From assembly GCF_035594765.1 (NCBI RefSeq), contig NC_085841.1:319309402-319373401 (forward strand): a stretch of DNA of 64,000 bases, read 5' to 3'. The stretch is from Anolis carolinensis (lineage: Eukaryota). The notes beneath the pieces were generated by a model. It did not search any database. It saw only the letters and a program-made list of their open reading frames with translations, and was not told the DNA's origin. Shown one piece after another: positions 50,971-62,923 of the stretch; within the stretch, counting starts at the first letter, position 1; every line of letters starts with the position of its first letter. A program made the translations under genes and the position numbers.

Positions 50971-53257
50971 TATCCACTTACAGATTTCCCTCCTCTACAA
51001 ATTTAACTAACACTATCATAATTATTTTTGGGCTACTGGGATAGGAGGATCAAACACATTGAAAAACTGGAGACTATTTCTTACAGATTTTTTCCTGTAT
51101 GAGATGCATCTTGAGGATCGGTCTTTCCCTACCTGTTGATCATCTTCACATACCTCTTTCATGTCCCTATGCTAATTGCTTGTTTGCATCCTAATTGACT
51201 TCCTGATTGTTTCCTTTTCCATATCAGCTCTCTTCCTGCATCAGTCCAGCATGAAGCTATTTGTCATCTTTTCTCTCTCTCCTCCCCTAAGCCCCTAAGC
51301 CTATGCCATATGCAAGTTTCAAAAGGTGTGAGAAAAAGAGAAAGAGACAGACAGTGAGATAATGCATAGTTGTTCAGCTTCTACCTTGCCAATCTGATTG
51401 CTCTTCTAGAGATCCTAGACTATTTCACACATTTCCCAACATATATATGTAATTTCCAAATTCTTGTTCCCAGCTTAGACAGATGAAACAGGGTTGTGGG
51501 TGGAGGATAAAGGGGGAACAAAAAAATCTGCATCTCCTACTTGTTCTACTGGTGTAGGATTTTCAAAGCTTTGGTTATCTTTAGGCTCCAACATTTGGAG
51601 CTCTCTGAGATAATCCTTTTGATTGCCCTGACTTTTGAGGCCCAACAAAGACTTAATTTTTTCATAAGCCTTTTACATGGAATTTTAATCCGCTGAATGT
51701 TTCATTTTGTATTCATAATGCTGTGGCTTTTATATGATATTTTCTGCATTTATGTAGAATTCATTGCTGTATTCTTTCTTTATAACACCCAGAATATACT
51801 ATGGAAAAATTATAATAAAGAAATATAATAAAATGGATGGTTACATTAAAATTGGTTTGTTACTTTCCATAAGGGAGACTAGAGAAAGGTATGTTTATAA
51901 AAAACAAACAAACTAATTTGACTAATTACAGATTTTTTTTAAATTATGTAAACCACATTCTAAATAGTTGTTAGAAATGTTTTTGCATTTCACTTAAAGG
52001 AAACAAAAGCTTCACCTCGTAATCACAGTATAGGAAAATGGCTCTCGGGACAAGTTGGCTAGAGGATTCTGGGAGCTGTAATAAAGAAAAAACTTTTACT
52101 TACTTGGTTAATTTTGGAAGACCTCCAAGAAAATTACCTGTGTTGCTGAACTTTCAAGATACATTTACAAACTTTTCTTTAATCGATAGACACTATGTAA
52201 CAAAATCTGAAAAAAATCTGTTCTTGGTTTGAAAGTGTTATTCCTGTTTAATTGTGCAGTACCTACTTTGAAAATACCTACTTCATTTTCGTGGCTGCCG
52301 CAAACTATGTTGAACTGCTTGAGACTGGATGAGATATTCATTGAAAAACTATAGCAAGAAGTTTTGCAGTTTAATACACCTTTTCCGTGATATGATAGAA
52401 CATTTATAACCCAGGAACAAAAATCATGTTACATAGTGAACCTGGCATTCTACTCTTGGTTATTTCTCTATCTGAGCTGATCTAATAATATGATGATAGT
52501 TTCTACTATCCCTTAATGATTCTGAGAACTTGTAACTTATATAGAAAATACTGAACAAAGGATTAAGATTGACAGTTTAACTTTGTCCCATAGAGAAATT
52601 CATCCCTTTTTCCTCAGCTCTTGCAAAGCAAACATATAATTGAGGCTCTTCAACAATTTGAACCAGCTTTTATTTTACTAGCGCGGGGGGGGGGGGGGGG
52701 GGAGTATATCCCGTTCTCAGTCCTATAGAAGAAAATGTGTGCTCAATCCATTATTCTGACAAATGTGACCAACTAGGAATGCATGTAATTGTAGGTGCTG
52801 ATATAAGAATATCTTTTTACATTTTCATCTTTTTCAACGCTGTTGACCTTTTCAGCACAACCCACAAAGAGGAAAAAGCCTTGTTATGAAGACAGACATA
52901 GTGCTTGGGAAACAAAATGTTATAATCCCATAGAATCCTACTGTCATTCACAAATGGAAGTCCTTCTGGTGTATTTATGTGAAGCTCAATGTGAAAAGCT
53001 CCCAAAACATAAGGAAAAATGATGGCGTCCAATAAAATGAAATTCATTGCAAAGACTGAATTATATATCATGAGATCAATGTTGCTTGTTGATCCTTGTT
53101 CTTTTATTCATTATACACACAAGTTTATTTAATAAGTTTATATCCAACTTCCCCATTTGTCTAAACACAGGCCTACAGTAGTTTTTCCTCAATCAAGGAA
53201 ATGAAACTCTTGTCCCAAGTACGAAGTTAATTGATGGTGCTTCAGTACCGCGGAATC

Positions 53258-53390
53258 NNNNNNNNNNNNNNNNNNNNNNNNNNNNNNNNNNNNNNNNNNN
53301 NNNNNNNNNNNNNNNNNNNNNNNNNNNNNNNNNNNNNNNNNNNNNNNNNNNNNNNNNNNNNNNNNNNNNNNNNNNNNNNNNNNNNNNNNN
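53258..53390. other. Assembly gap (133 N)
   Basis: Run of N. Confidence 1.
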
Positions 53391-53443
53391 TCAGTGTTCT
53401 GGAAAACATTATATTCTTCCATTTTCAACACCTTATGGGTTTT

Positions 53444-55233
53444 TTTAAAAAATATATTTTTATTGAGAATTCTTTATTACAAATATATAAAAACAAAGAG
53501 TTGGGTAAGGGGTAGTGAAGGGAGTTTGGGGTATTGAGAGAAGGGGCAGGTGTAGAAGGGGTATGAAAGGGGAAAGGGGGCTAGGGGGTGGAGGGAAAGG
53601 TGGGGGGATGAGTAGGGGGGAGGGAGGGTTAAGAGATTAAAAAAAATATTGTGTTGGACTTCCACTTCTCTTCCGGGAAGGGGGGGGGGTAATGTCTCGA
53701 GTTCTAATTCCTCTTCTTATTTTGTCCTCATTCATTTCTTCAGCAGTTTTCCCCGCATCTTCCTTCTGTTTTCTTGTTGATGTATGGGTGTGTTCTGGAA
53801 CCTTTTTTTCCCCTTATTATTCTCCTCTTTTTTTCCATTTTATTTTCCCAGTTTTTCCTCCGTTAAGAATCTCTCTAATTGTTTACAGTCAGTTTCTTTC
53901 CTTGATTTTCCCTGGTGTTTAGCAATTAGAAATGTTAGCCTGTCCATGTTCTTAATTTCTGAGATTTTAATTAACCATTCCTCTTTAGTAGGGATTTCTT
54001 TCTGTCTCCAGTGTTTGGCGTAGATTATCCTGGCTGCAGTTGTAAAATAAGTCATTAATTTTTCCTCATTTAATTCCCTAGTATTTTTAACAATTCCCAA
54101 TAGATAAATTTCCAGTAATTTAATAAACTTGTGTTCCAATATTTTCTGGACATTGTCATGTATCATAGACCAGAATTCTTTAGCCTTTTTGCACTTCCAC
54201 CAAATATGATTGTAAGAGCCTTCCTCTTCTCCACATTTCCAACATTTTAAGTAGCTACTTTTCTTAATAATACTTAACTTTTTAGGAGTTATATACCATC
54301 TATAGAAAACCTTCATCCAATTTTCTTTTAATTGATAGGCATATGTAAATTTAAGTCTTCTCCCCCAGCATGCTTCCCATTCATCCACATGAATTGCTCT
54401 ACCTATATCCTTGGACCATTTTACCATACAATGTTTTACTAGTTCCGTTTCTGTATTCCACTCTAATAAGATCTTATAAATCTTAGATATTGCTCTACCT
54501 TCAGTAAATAAGACTCTATCCCATAGATTATTTTTATCCATAAAACCCACTGTCTTATCTTTCTTGAACTGATCTCTTAGTTGGCCATACTGTAGCCATG
54601 TCATATTTGTAAATCTTTCCTTTAATTCCGATTGTAATTTTAATGTGTAATCTGAGTAATGTTTCTTTATTAAGTCTTCGTATTTAGGCCATTGGGTCCA
54701 GCCCAGTAGCCTTCTTTGTGTAGCCTCGAGAGGGGATAGCCATTGCGGGGTTTTGTTGTAAAGTCTATTCTTATACTTATTCCATGTTTTTATAAGGGCC
54801 GATCTAACAAAGTGGTTTGCAATTTTTTTCCCCCTGATTTTATTTTATCATACCAGCCGTATGAGTGCCAACCTACACGTAGGTCAAAGCCCTCTACCGT
54901 AAGAATTTTCCTGTTTTTAATTTGTAGCCAATCCTTAATCCATATCAAATTACATGCTTCATAGTAGGTTTTGAGGTCTGGCATGGCGAAGCCTCCCCTT
55001 TTCTTATCGTCAATTAGATTTTTCATTTTTATACAGGGTTTTTTCCCTAACCAAATGAAATTACTTAAATCTTTGTTCCAAGTTATAAATTTTTTTCTGG
55101 TTTCTCAATATAGGTAGACACTGAAATAGGTATAACATTTTGGGGAGGACGTTCATTTTTATAGCTGATATTCTGCCCCATAATGATATTTTTAATTTTT
55201 TCCAATTCTTGAGCTCGGCTTTTATGTCATTCT
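53444..55233 (-). mobile_element. 5'-truncated L1-clade LINE
   Basis: ORF2 C-terminus with a CCHC knuckle (KCWKCGEEEGSYNHIWWKC) and GGFAMPDLKTYYEA; ~23-bp TSD ATTTTCAACACCTT(A/G)TGGGTTTT at 53421 and 55234; TTTT/AA target site. Confidence 0.92.
53840..54604 (-). pseudogene. L1 ORF2 C-terminal fragment
   Basis: 254-aa ORF with CCHC knuckle; upstream ORF2 sequence is frameshifted (54790-55026). Confidence 0.88.
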
Positions 55234-55318
55234 ATTTTCAACACCTTGTGGGTTTTAATGCAATTTTTACAACTAATTTTACTCTACATTTTAAGGGGGA
55301 ATGGCTTTTTAACATGTG

Positions 55319-56182
55319 TGTAGTGTCTCAGAGACCTCCGAGTCATGACCCCGTCGCCATTACGGAGCAGACTGAAGAAGAGATGGGGTTTCTGCCATTT
55401 CCGCACGATTTCGCTCCTTTCCGGATGTCCCCTGTTGACAGTTTTAGCCCACAGTTCATAAAAAAGGGCCTTGGCTCACAGCCCGGTTCTCCAGAGAATG
55501 CTGGGTTTGACCGCAAGTTGTTTTGGGAGGCTTCGCGCGCGGAAAAACAGATTTTGAGAAGGAGCGCTCGTTTAGCGGAGAAAGCAAGCGTTAATTAAGC
55601 CAGTTCCCTTGAGAGTTCTCAGGGAGGATTGCAGCTGGCAAAGTTGTTGACTTTAGCCATTTTCCCTTGGGAAAGAGTTCAGACACCTGGCTGGGGAGGA
55701 GAGCTAAGTCCCATAAAAGTTCTGGGCACCAACTGGATGATGCGGTGTTCAACGTGTCAGTTGAGGAATTCACATCGACTCTAGTTCTGCAGTGCGCTAC
55801 TCTCGAGTAGACCGGCGTTGCATCTCGTCTCCCTGTCAAGCCTGGACAGCGATTCAGCTTTACCACGACTAACTTTGCCTTGCCTTGCATCCTAGCCTCG
55901 GATTCGAGCCCTGGAACTCTTGACAGATCTTGCCTTAATCCCCACTCAAACAGCCTAAGGTTTGAGTGTGTTTCGGTTATTGGATTTAAAACTTTGAACT
56001 CTAATACTGGACATCTACTTTCATATTACTGGACTATATTTGACCTTTCCTGAAAGGTCTACTGCTGGACTATATACTCTGCTTATTTTTAGTTGTCTCC
56101 TTTATTTCCTTAATAAAGATATTAGACTGTTTATTGGCCTTCGTGTCTGATTCCCAGTGCTCACGATGCCTGAGGTGTCACA
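55319..56182 (+). mobile_element. Gypsy/chromovirus-type solo LTR with a frame-2 ORF at 55320-55598
   Basis: TGTAG...TCACA termini; perfect TSD ATGTG; GGACTATATTTGACCT and AATAAAGATATTAGA shared with the LTRs at 36894 and 40265. Confidence 0.95.
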
Positions 56183-56726
56183 ATGTGTCCTGTGCACCCG
56201 GTCAAGATCAGAGTGGAATTGGGGGTAGAGTGATGGAGGACAGAACAGGTTGGTGGGTGCTGTGGTCTAGCAAGCCTGGTCTCACCATTTTATTTATTCA
56301 CTCATTTCCAAAGTTGTGAGATTCTGTGCTCCCTGGAGGATTTTGTTAATTTTTAAGATATTCATTATGTAATTAAGTTTTATTACATAAATCTTTCACT
56401 GGGGCACATGTAGGATTGGGCACTGAGCCTCACTGAGAAGGTCTGTGCCTTCTCTAAATAACAATAAAAGGTTCAAGCCCCTCCCCAGTAGCTGGATACA
56501 GTATTGGGGTATTACAATGTTTAGTTCAAAGACCCAAATGGTTCAACTTAGCTTGTGATTCGAGAATAATTTAGTTAGTTCCAGGCTCTGAAAATTTAAA
56601 CTCAATGGCTTGGAAGGGGAGGTAGTCTTCTTGCCAAACTGTAAATAAAGTTGTCGATGCAGTATAAAATCACACAAGGCATTTTTTTCTTCTATATTCT
56701 AATAGGTTTTTAGCGTAGGAATTTTA

Positions 56727-56940
56727 AAAAGGTAAAGGTTTTCTCCTGACGTTAAGTCCAGTCATGTCTGACTCTGGGGGTTGGTGCTCATCTCCATTTC
56801 TAAGCCGAAGAGCTGGCATTGTCTGTAGACACCTGTAGGTCATGTGGCCGGCATGACTGCATGGAGCGCCATTACCTTCCTGCTGGAGCAGTACCTATTG
56901 ATCTACTCACATTGGCATGTTTTCGAACTGCTAGGTTGGC
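56727..56940 (-). mobile_element. 5'-truncated Sauria SINE
   Basis: AAAGGTAAAGG tail; body homologous to 61390-61696; 10-bp TSD AGGAATTTTA. Confidence 0.92.
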
Positions 56941-58158
56941 AGGAATTTTACTTACATTTAAATTATAACCTAACATAAACCTGATAGTCACGTTTACTCT
57001 TTCTAATGTCAATGCGATTAAAACAGGTTTCTAAACTTATTACTATTTAACTAAATACACTAACCTCTTTCAATTAAGTTTCCTATCTCTTTGATCTTTA
57101 TGCAACAAGAAACACATCGATCTCATAAGGATACAACTACTAAGAATCAGAGAAGTAAATGGGAGCATAATGGACAAGTACAAAGGAATATTTTATGAGG
57201 TTAATATCTATCCAGTTTTTCTCCACATGAGAAATCAGGTTTCTAAGCTACCATATGCCTTCACAATAAAACCATTTTGTGAATTATGTGTTTATGAAAA
57301 GTGGTTTTCTTTTAATTGGACTTCAGAACTACTTTTTTTGGACTTCAGATCTCTAGCCATGTTGGCTGGCGGATTGTAGGGGAATGTCGGGTTTTTAAAA
57401 AAGTAATTTTCCTAAACATACATGTTGGATTCTTTTTTATTATTATAATATATTTTTATTCACAAATTATGAGTGAAGAAATAAATTCTTCTTTAATAAA
57501 TTACTGGATTCTTGAATAAATTGTGATTACTGTTCAGGGGAATGTTCTCAAAAAGTTTTCAAATGAGACTGATATAGCTTGAAATATACGCTTTGCTTTG
57601 TATGTCAAGCTGAAATGACACTTTTAATCTGAGCAAGCTGAAAAAACAGATTTAAAGGATGGCTCAGGAGAGTTATTTGGCAAATGAAGCAATTGTACTT
57701 AATGATTTTTCCATTGTTTATGTAAGACATTGATCACAAGGGTAACTGTAACACACGCCAATTTTCTGCACGCTTCTATTTTCCATGTATTTAGCATGTG
57801 TATTGGCCCACCTGAGAGTCTGCAGTAGCATGACAGCAATAAGTTGCCTTCCTGGATAACAAGTCTAGTGGTGTCTATTATAATGTGATAGAAGAAAAAT
57901 GGATGCACATAAGAAGAGTCCTCTTTCTTTCAGCCTTCTTTGCAATCCATTATGATGATGGATAGATCTGCATTCCATAGAAATTGAATGATCCACATAT
58001 ATGTACTATGTGGATCATTATATCCATCATAATGATGGACATTTTGTTCTTACTAAAAGGCAAGAAGAGATATGTTAGATCAAACTAACTCAAGAGGCTG
58101 TCTTCACAGCATTCTCAAATGCCTATGGGAAGCCAACAATTAGTGCATAAGCACAATG

Positions 58159-58498
58159 CAGATTGTGTATCCTTTATTCAAAATGTTTGGTTCCAGATGT
58201 GTTTTGGATTTCAGATTTTTGGGGATTTTAGAATGCCTGCATTTGCATATACTTAATAACTAGAAGTCTTGGAGGTGGAACCCAAGTTTAAACATGTAAT
58301 TCCCTTGTTTAATATGTATTTTGTGCACATAGCCTGAAGGTAATATGATACATAATGGTTTTAATAGGTCTGATTATGAAGCTAAGCTTGTGTATACTGA
58401 AGCATCAGAGAATAAAGGTGTCACTATCTCAGCTACTGATGTGAACAATTTCAGAGTTTAGAATACTTTGGAATTCTGGACAAGGGATGCCCCACCTG
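58159..58498. mobile_element. pogo/Tigger-like MITE (same family as 4488-4997, opposite orientation)
   Basis: CAGATTGTGTATCCTTTATT ... GGACAAGGGATGCCCCACCTG-TA. Confidence 0.6.
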
Positions 58499-59389
58499 TA
58501 GTAGTTTCCTGCTTCCATTCACCAGGAAATGGTATTCTGAAGCATAATTCCTCTAAAACTATAGATCAGAGACAGACAACATGCAGTCCATGGTCTAAAT
58601 GTGATTCTTACGACCCCTAAGTGTGACCCATGATGTCCCCTAGAATCTGGAAAACCCCCAGAATGGCAGCTGGAAACAATGTTCACCATGTCGTATACAA
58701 TGAAATGCAGTTAGAAGTGTATTCAATAACTCACTGTGAAAAAATGCCTGACACCTATCTATTCTGAATAACTTTTGACTTTTTTTAAAAAAATATTTCA
58801 TTTTGGAACATGGTGTTGGAGGATATGATGACATGTAAGCTCCAGGGATTTTTGAAGGATATAGATCAGTGGTTCCCAAACTTATTTGGCCTGCCGCCCC
58901 CTTTCCAGAAAAATATGACTCAGCGCCCCCTGGAAAGGGGGGGCGTGGCTTAGAGGGGTGGGCGTGGCTCCTGCTCAAGAGGGTGGGCCTGAGCCTCTGC
59001 CCTAGTCCAAGATGCAGGGCTAGGAGGGGGAAGTGGGCAGGGCCACAAATGGGTGGCCAGGACTGGGATGGGCGGAGTTACTAGCTCTGAGGCAGGGCTG
59101 AGCTTCTATCCCTGTCCTGCGGTGCCTGCCAGGACACAGGGGGTGGGGCTAAAGGAGGGATGGGGCCTCTTCCCAAGTGCCTAACAAGGCTGGACCTCTA
59201 TACACCGCCCCCATGTTCTAACAAGTGCCTCAGGGGAAGTATACAGAGGCTATTGGGAAGAGACCCCACCCCCGCCCCTAGCCCCGCCCTTTAGTCCTAA
59301 AAGGCCCCTCAGGAGAGGTACAGAGGCTCAGCCCTGTCTCGAGCTCTTGGAAGGAGCTCTCCCTCTGTGTCACAACAAGCGCCTCACCT

Positions 59390-59515
59390 AGCAATGGATT
59401 CCACCTAAACACTAGGAAGAACATTTTTAGGTGACAGTTGGTAGACTATGCTGCCTGGGAGCCTGCCTCCTTGTCTACTAGAGGCTAGATGGCCATCTGT
59501 CAGGGGTGCTTTGAT
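59390..59515 (+). mobile_element. CR1 3' fragment inside the hAT
   Basis: GATTCCACCTAAACACTAGGAAGAAC...GGCTAGATGGCCATCTGTCAGGGGTGCTTTGA. Confidence 0.65.
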
Positions 59516-59616
59516 GGTAGACTGAGATTATATTAAGCTGTCACATAGCTGCAGAGAAGCGAAAAAAAATCAACACGTTGCTGCTGTTATTATTTATATC
59601 TCACTTTTATGCCTAT

Positions 59617-60252
59617 TACATAGGGACTACCAAACACAGCACCCAAACATGAATCAAGGAACATGAAAGGCTCTGCAGACTATCTCAACCAGAGAGGTTA
59701 GCCATAGCAGAGCACTTGATGAACCAACCTGGACACAGCATGTTTGAGAACACAGAAATGCTGGACCACTCCAACAACTATCATGTCAGCCTACACAGAG
59801 GAGCCATTGAAATTCACACTCATGTGGACAATTTCAACAGAAAGGAGGAAACCACGAAAATGAACAAAATCTGGCTACCAGTATTAAACTCTAAAAACAG
59901 GACAGTAAATAAAGAGCAACACTCAGAAGACAGTGGAATTCCAGACATGAAACAATAAGGGCCAGCTAATGCCTCCCAGAAAGGATTCCCCCAGGCTGGA
60001 AGCAGCCAGGCTTTGAAGCTGCAAGGCTTTTCAATGCTAATCAAGGCAATTAACTGCAACATTCACACTTGCCTCCAACAGACAAGAGTTCTTTCTCCCA
60101 CTCTGGACATTCCACAGATATATAAATCTCACTTTCCTAGTTTCCAATATACATCACAAACTTTGAGGATGCCTGCCATAGATGTGGGTGAAACTTCGGG
60201 AGAGAATGCTTCTGGAACCTGGCCATTCAGTACGGCAAACTCACAGCAACCC
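59617..60252 (+). mobile_element. Penelope 3' fragment (GIY-YIG endonuclease C-terminus + pseudo-LTR)
   Basis: YIGTTKHSTQT*IKEH...AIAEHLMNQPGH...AIEIH..NFNR; ends with the pLTR (decayed hammerhead at 60160-60200). Confidence 0.92.
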
Positions 60253-60714
60253 AGTTTCCTCAATTGCTTGCCTACAAGCAGGACTCTGTGCCTATGTGTG
60301 ATGGAGAAAGGGCTGGAGATGGCCAGGGGGCCTTTGTTTCCGCTTGGGGACGTGTTGCTGGTGGGCCTGTTTTGGAGGCGTGTGTCCCTTTAAGAGTGCA
60401 GGGCCGGACCTGAGCGCACAATGGCCCCCCCTGGTGCGTGGGATAGGCTGCCTTTGGCAGGGATGTGCTGGGAGGAGCCCTCCCGCATCTGCAAATGAAC
60501 TCTGGCTGGGAAGGAGAGGTGAGGAGGGGGGCCCAGAGGAGGAGGAGGAGGAGGAAGCCCGAGGTCGGGCTCCTGGGAAACCACGCCCTTCCCCTGGCCC
60601 CACCCCCGTCTCCTAACAGGTGCCCTCACTGCCCCCAGGATCGCTGCAGCGCCCACTGGGGGGGGATAGCGCCCACTTTGGGAATCACTGATATAGATAA
60701 TCGAGAACCATTTT

Positions 60715-60807
60715 AGGCCCCTTCTACACTGTCATATGACAGTGTAGACCCATATAATTCAGTTCAAAGCAGATAATCTGGATTATATTGCAGTGTAGAA
60801 GGGGCCT
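60715..60807. mobile_element. Harbinger-type mini-MITE
   Basis: AGGCCCCTTCTACACTG / CAGTGTAGAAGGGGCCT perfect TIR. Confidence 0.8.
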
Positions 60808-60869
60808 CACTTTGTTTTTAGGCCAGGTTATGGAGCAAAAAACAGTTTTCATCATCTTGTTGGATGATC

Positions 60870-61310
60870 AGCATGGGGAGTGTGTCCTTGTTGGCTCTGC
60901 TGGACATGTTAGCAGCTTTCAGTATTATCATATCTTTCTGAGTTGCCTAGCTATGATGGAATGTTATGGCACTGTTTTACAATGGTTCCTCTCCTTCCTG
61001 GAGGACTGCACTAAGAAGGTGGTGGAGGGGGAATCCTATTTGATCTGTTACCCATTGGCCTGAGAAGTTTTCTTTTGTCCCCCATGTTTTGTAATCTATA
61101 GATGAAACCACCAGCAGAAGTTGTCCAGATTTTGGGGGTGGAATGTCACCTGTGTGGCACTATGTTCTATTACTCTTTTCTGGTCTGGCCATGGTGACAA
61201 ACACCTTGGTTACTTCCTGTTTGAATTACTGTAATGGGTTCTATGGGGAGCTGCCTTTGAAAATTGCTCAAAAGGGCCCAAAGAATGGCAGCCAGATTGT
61301 TTATTGAATT
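60870..61310 (+). mobile_element. Old L2 RT fragment
   Basis: Decayed GTVLQWFLSFL..QKV, LSP.LF..YMKP and LDYCN motifs. Confidence 0.6.
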
Positions 61311-61389
61311 TGTAAAACAACAAAGTAAGTATTTTACATATTTCACATCATAAACACATTCTGTATACACTTTTACAAATACGAATTAT

Positions 61390-61696
61390 GGAGCCCCCAG
61401 CGGTGCAGTGGGTTAAACCGCTGAGCTGCTGAACGGTTTGAATCTGGAGTGGGGTGAGCTCCCACTGTTAGCCCCAGCTTCTGGCAACCTAGCAGTTCTA
61501 AAACATGCAAATGAGTAGATCAATAGGTACCGTTTTGGCGGGAAGGTAACGGAGCTCCCTGCAGTCATGCCGGCCACATGACTTTGGAGATGTCTATAGA
61601 CAACACCGACACTTTGGCTTAGAAATGGAGATGAGCACCAATTCCCAGAATCAGACACAACTAGACTTAATGTCAGGGGAAAATCTTTACCTTTAC
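61390..61696 (+). mobile_element. Near full-length Sauria SINE
   Basis: GGAGCCCCCAGCGGTGCAGTGGGTTAAACC head; GATCAATAGGTACC, GGCCACATGAC, GAAATGGAGATGAGCACC body; (ACCTTT) tail. Confidence 0.92.
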
Positions 61697-62869
61697 TTAT
61701 ACCAATTATACACATTATCAATTGAGCATATTCTTCTTTACTGAAATGCACCACTCACTTTGGAAATATAGATTGGAGTAAAAGATGGTCAATCCTGTTG
61801 CCAGTTCTGGGAAGTGCAAAGGGGATTTCATTAGATGAAAATGTGAAACCAATGAATTTATTTTCATCCCTAGTAACTTGTTTACATTTTAAAAATCATG
61901 CCAGAAGACTATAAAAACAGAGCATGTGTGCTCCATTTAGACTGTTTTGTCTCTTCCCCTTTGTCACCTCAGATTGGCTTCCCACATGTAGGCTCATCTG
62001 GGAATCTTGGAGGTTACAGTGAAATGTCAGCTGATTGTTTTGGGTTTCCAGCACAATAGAATGATAATAAGATGTGGTTGGGATTGGGGGAGCATAAGGA
62101 AAAGGAAATGTAGATTAGAGAGATTGATTGAATATGCCTTGTGCACATAAAAAACAGCTGCTGCAATTAAAAAGTAATTAGGGGTGTACAAAAATAAATG
62201 GGAATGCTTCACGCCATTTTGGGAGAAAACATATGGGGGTTGCTGAATGATGAAGGACAGCAGAGAAGCTAAGTTATTTCATTTCTTAAAGTACAATAGG
62301 AATCCAACAAACTACACTCATAATATTTAGCAGTGTATTAATTCCTCCTAATTTAAATATATTTGTCAGTGTGCCTTTTTGCTCTCGCCCAGAGAAACAT
62401 TAATGCAGTCTTCCAAAGACCAACCCAGCATTACACTATATTTTATTCTTGAGGCTTGCCTAAAGCTTCTTCAAGACTTCTAATTCATATAATTAATTTA
62501 TTCCAGACAGGAAGCAGATTTTAATCTGTGATGGGGGAAAAGCCGAGGCACCATTTTTTTCTATAGCTATGACACATTTATGTTTACGTTTTATTCTAGA
62601 TAGGGAGTGAGAATAATGGGTCCTTCTAGATATTCCTGGATTACAAGTCCTGCCAGTCCTAGTCAGCATAACTAATGGCAAAGAATGCTGGGAATGGCAA
62701 TGGAACAGCCTTTGGAGGAATATACGATTCCCATCCCTATTCTAGATGCATTGCCTATCAATTGTGATCTAAGCAAAGAGTTAGGCAGCTGAAGAAAGGA
62801 AAAATAAGTTAGTGGCTGAAAAAGGAACAAGCCTGATGGCGACTCTTAGGTAGGAATTCATGAAAATCA

Positions 62870-62923
62870 CAGTGTTCCCTCACTACTTTGCGGTTCACTT
62901 TTCGCGGATTTGCTGTTTTGTGG
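62870..62923. mobile_element. Left end of a Tc1/mariner-type MITE interrupted by the L1
   Basis: CAGTGTTCCCTCACTACTTTGCGGTTCACTTTTCGCGG directly abuts the L1 poly(T). Confidence 0.55.

Larger units (their letters stand above)
58867..60690. mobile_element. Composite non-autonomous hAT element carrying CR1 and Penelope fragments
   Basis: TIRs CAGTGGTTCCCAAA / TTTGGGAATCACTG; perfect 8-bp TSD ATATAGAT. Confidence 0.92.

Noticed and set aside
53391-53406. Possible cloning-adaptor remnant after the gap (TCAGTGTTCTGGAAAA)
   Set aside because: Only a short, mismatched resemblance to BstXI-type linkers; cannot be distinguished from chance
17121-56182. All five LTRs on the + strand
   Set aside because: Sample too small (1 in 16 by chance, two-sided), and no host gene orientation is known
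60160-60200. Functional hammerhead in the Penelope copy inside the hAT
   Set aside because: Core CUGA mutated to UUGA and helix I/III pairing disrupted
60250-60690. CpG-island-like host promoter or first exon
   Set aside because: Lies inside a TSD-flanked hAT element
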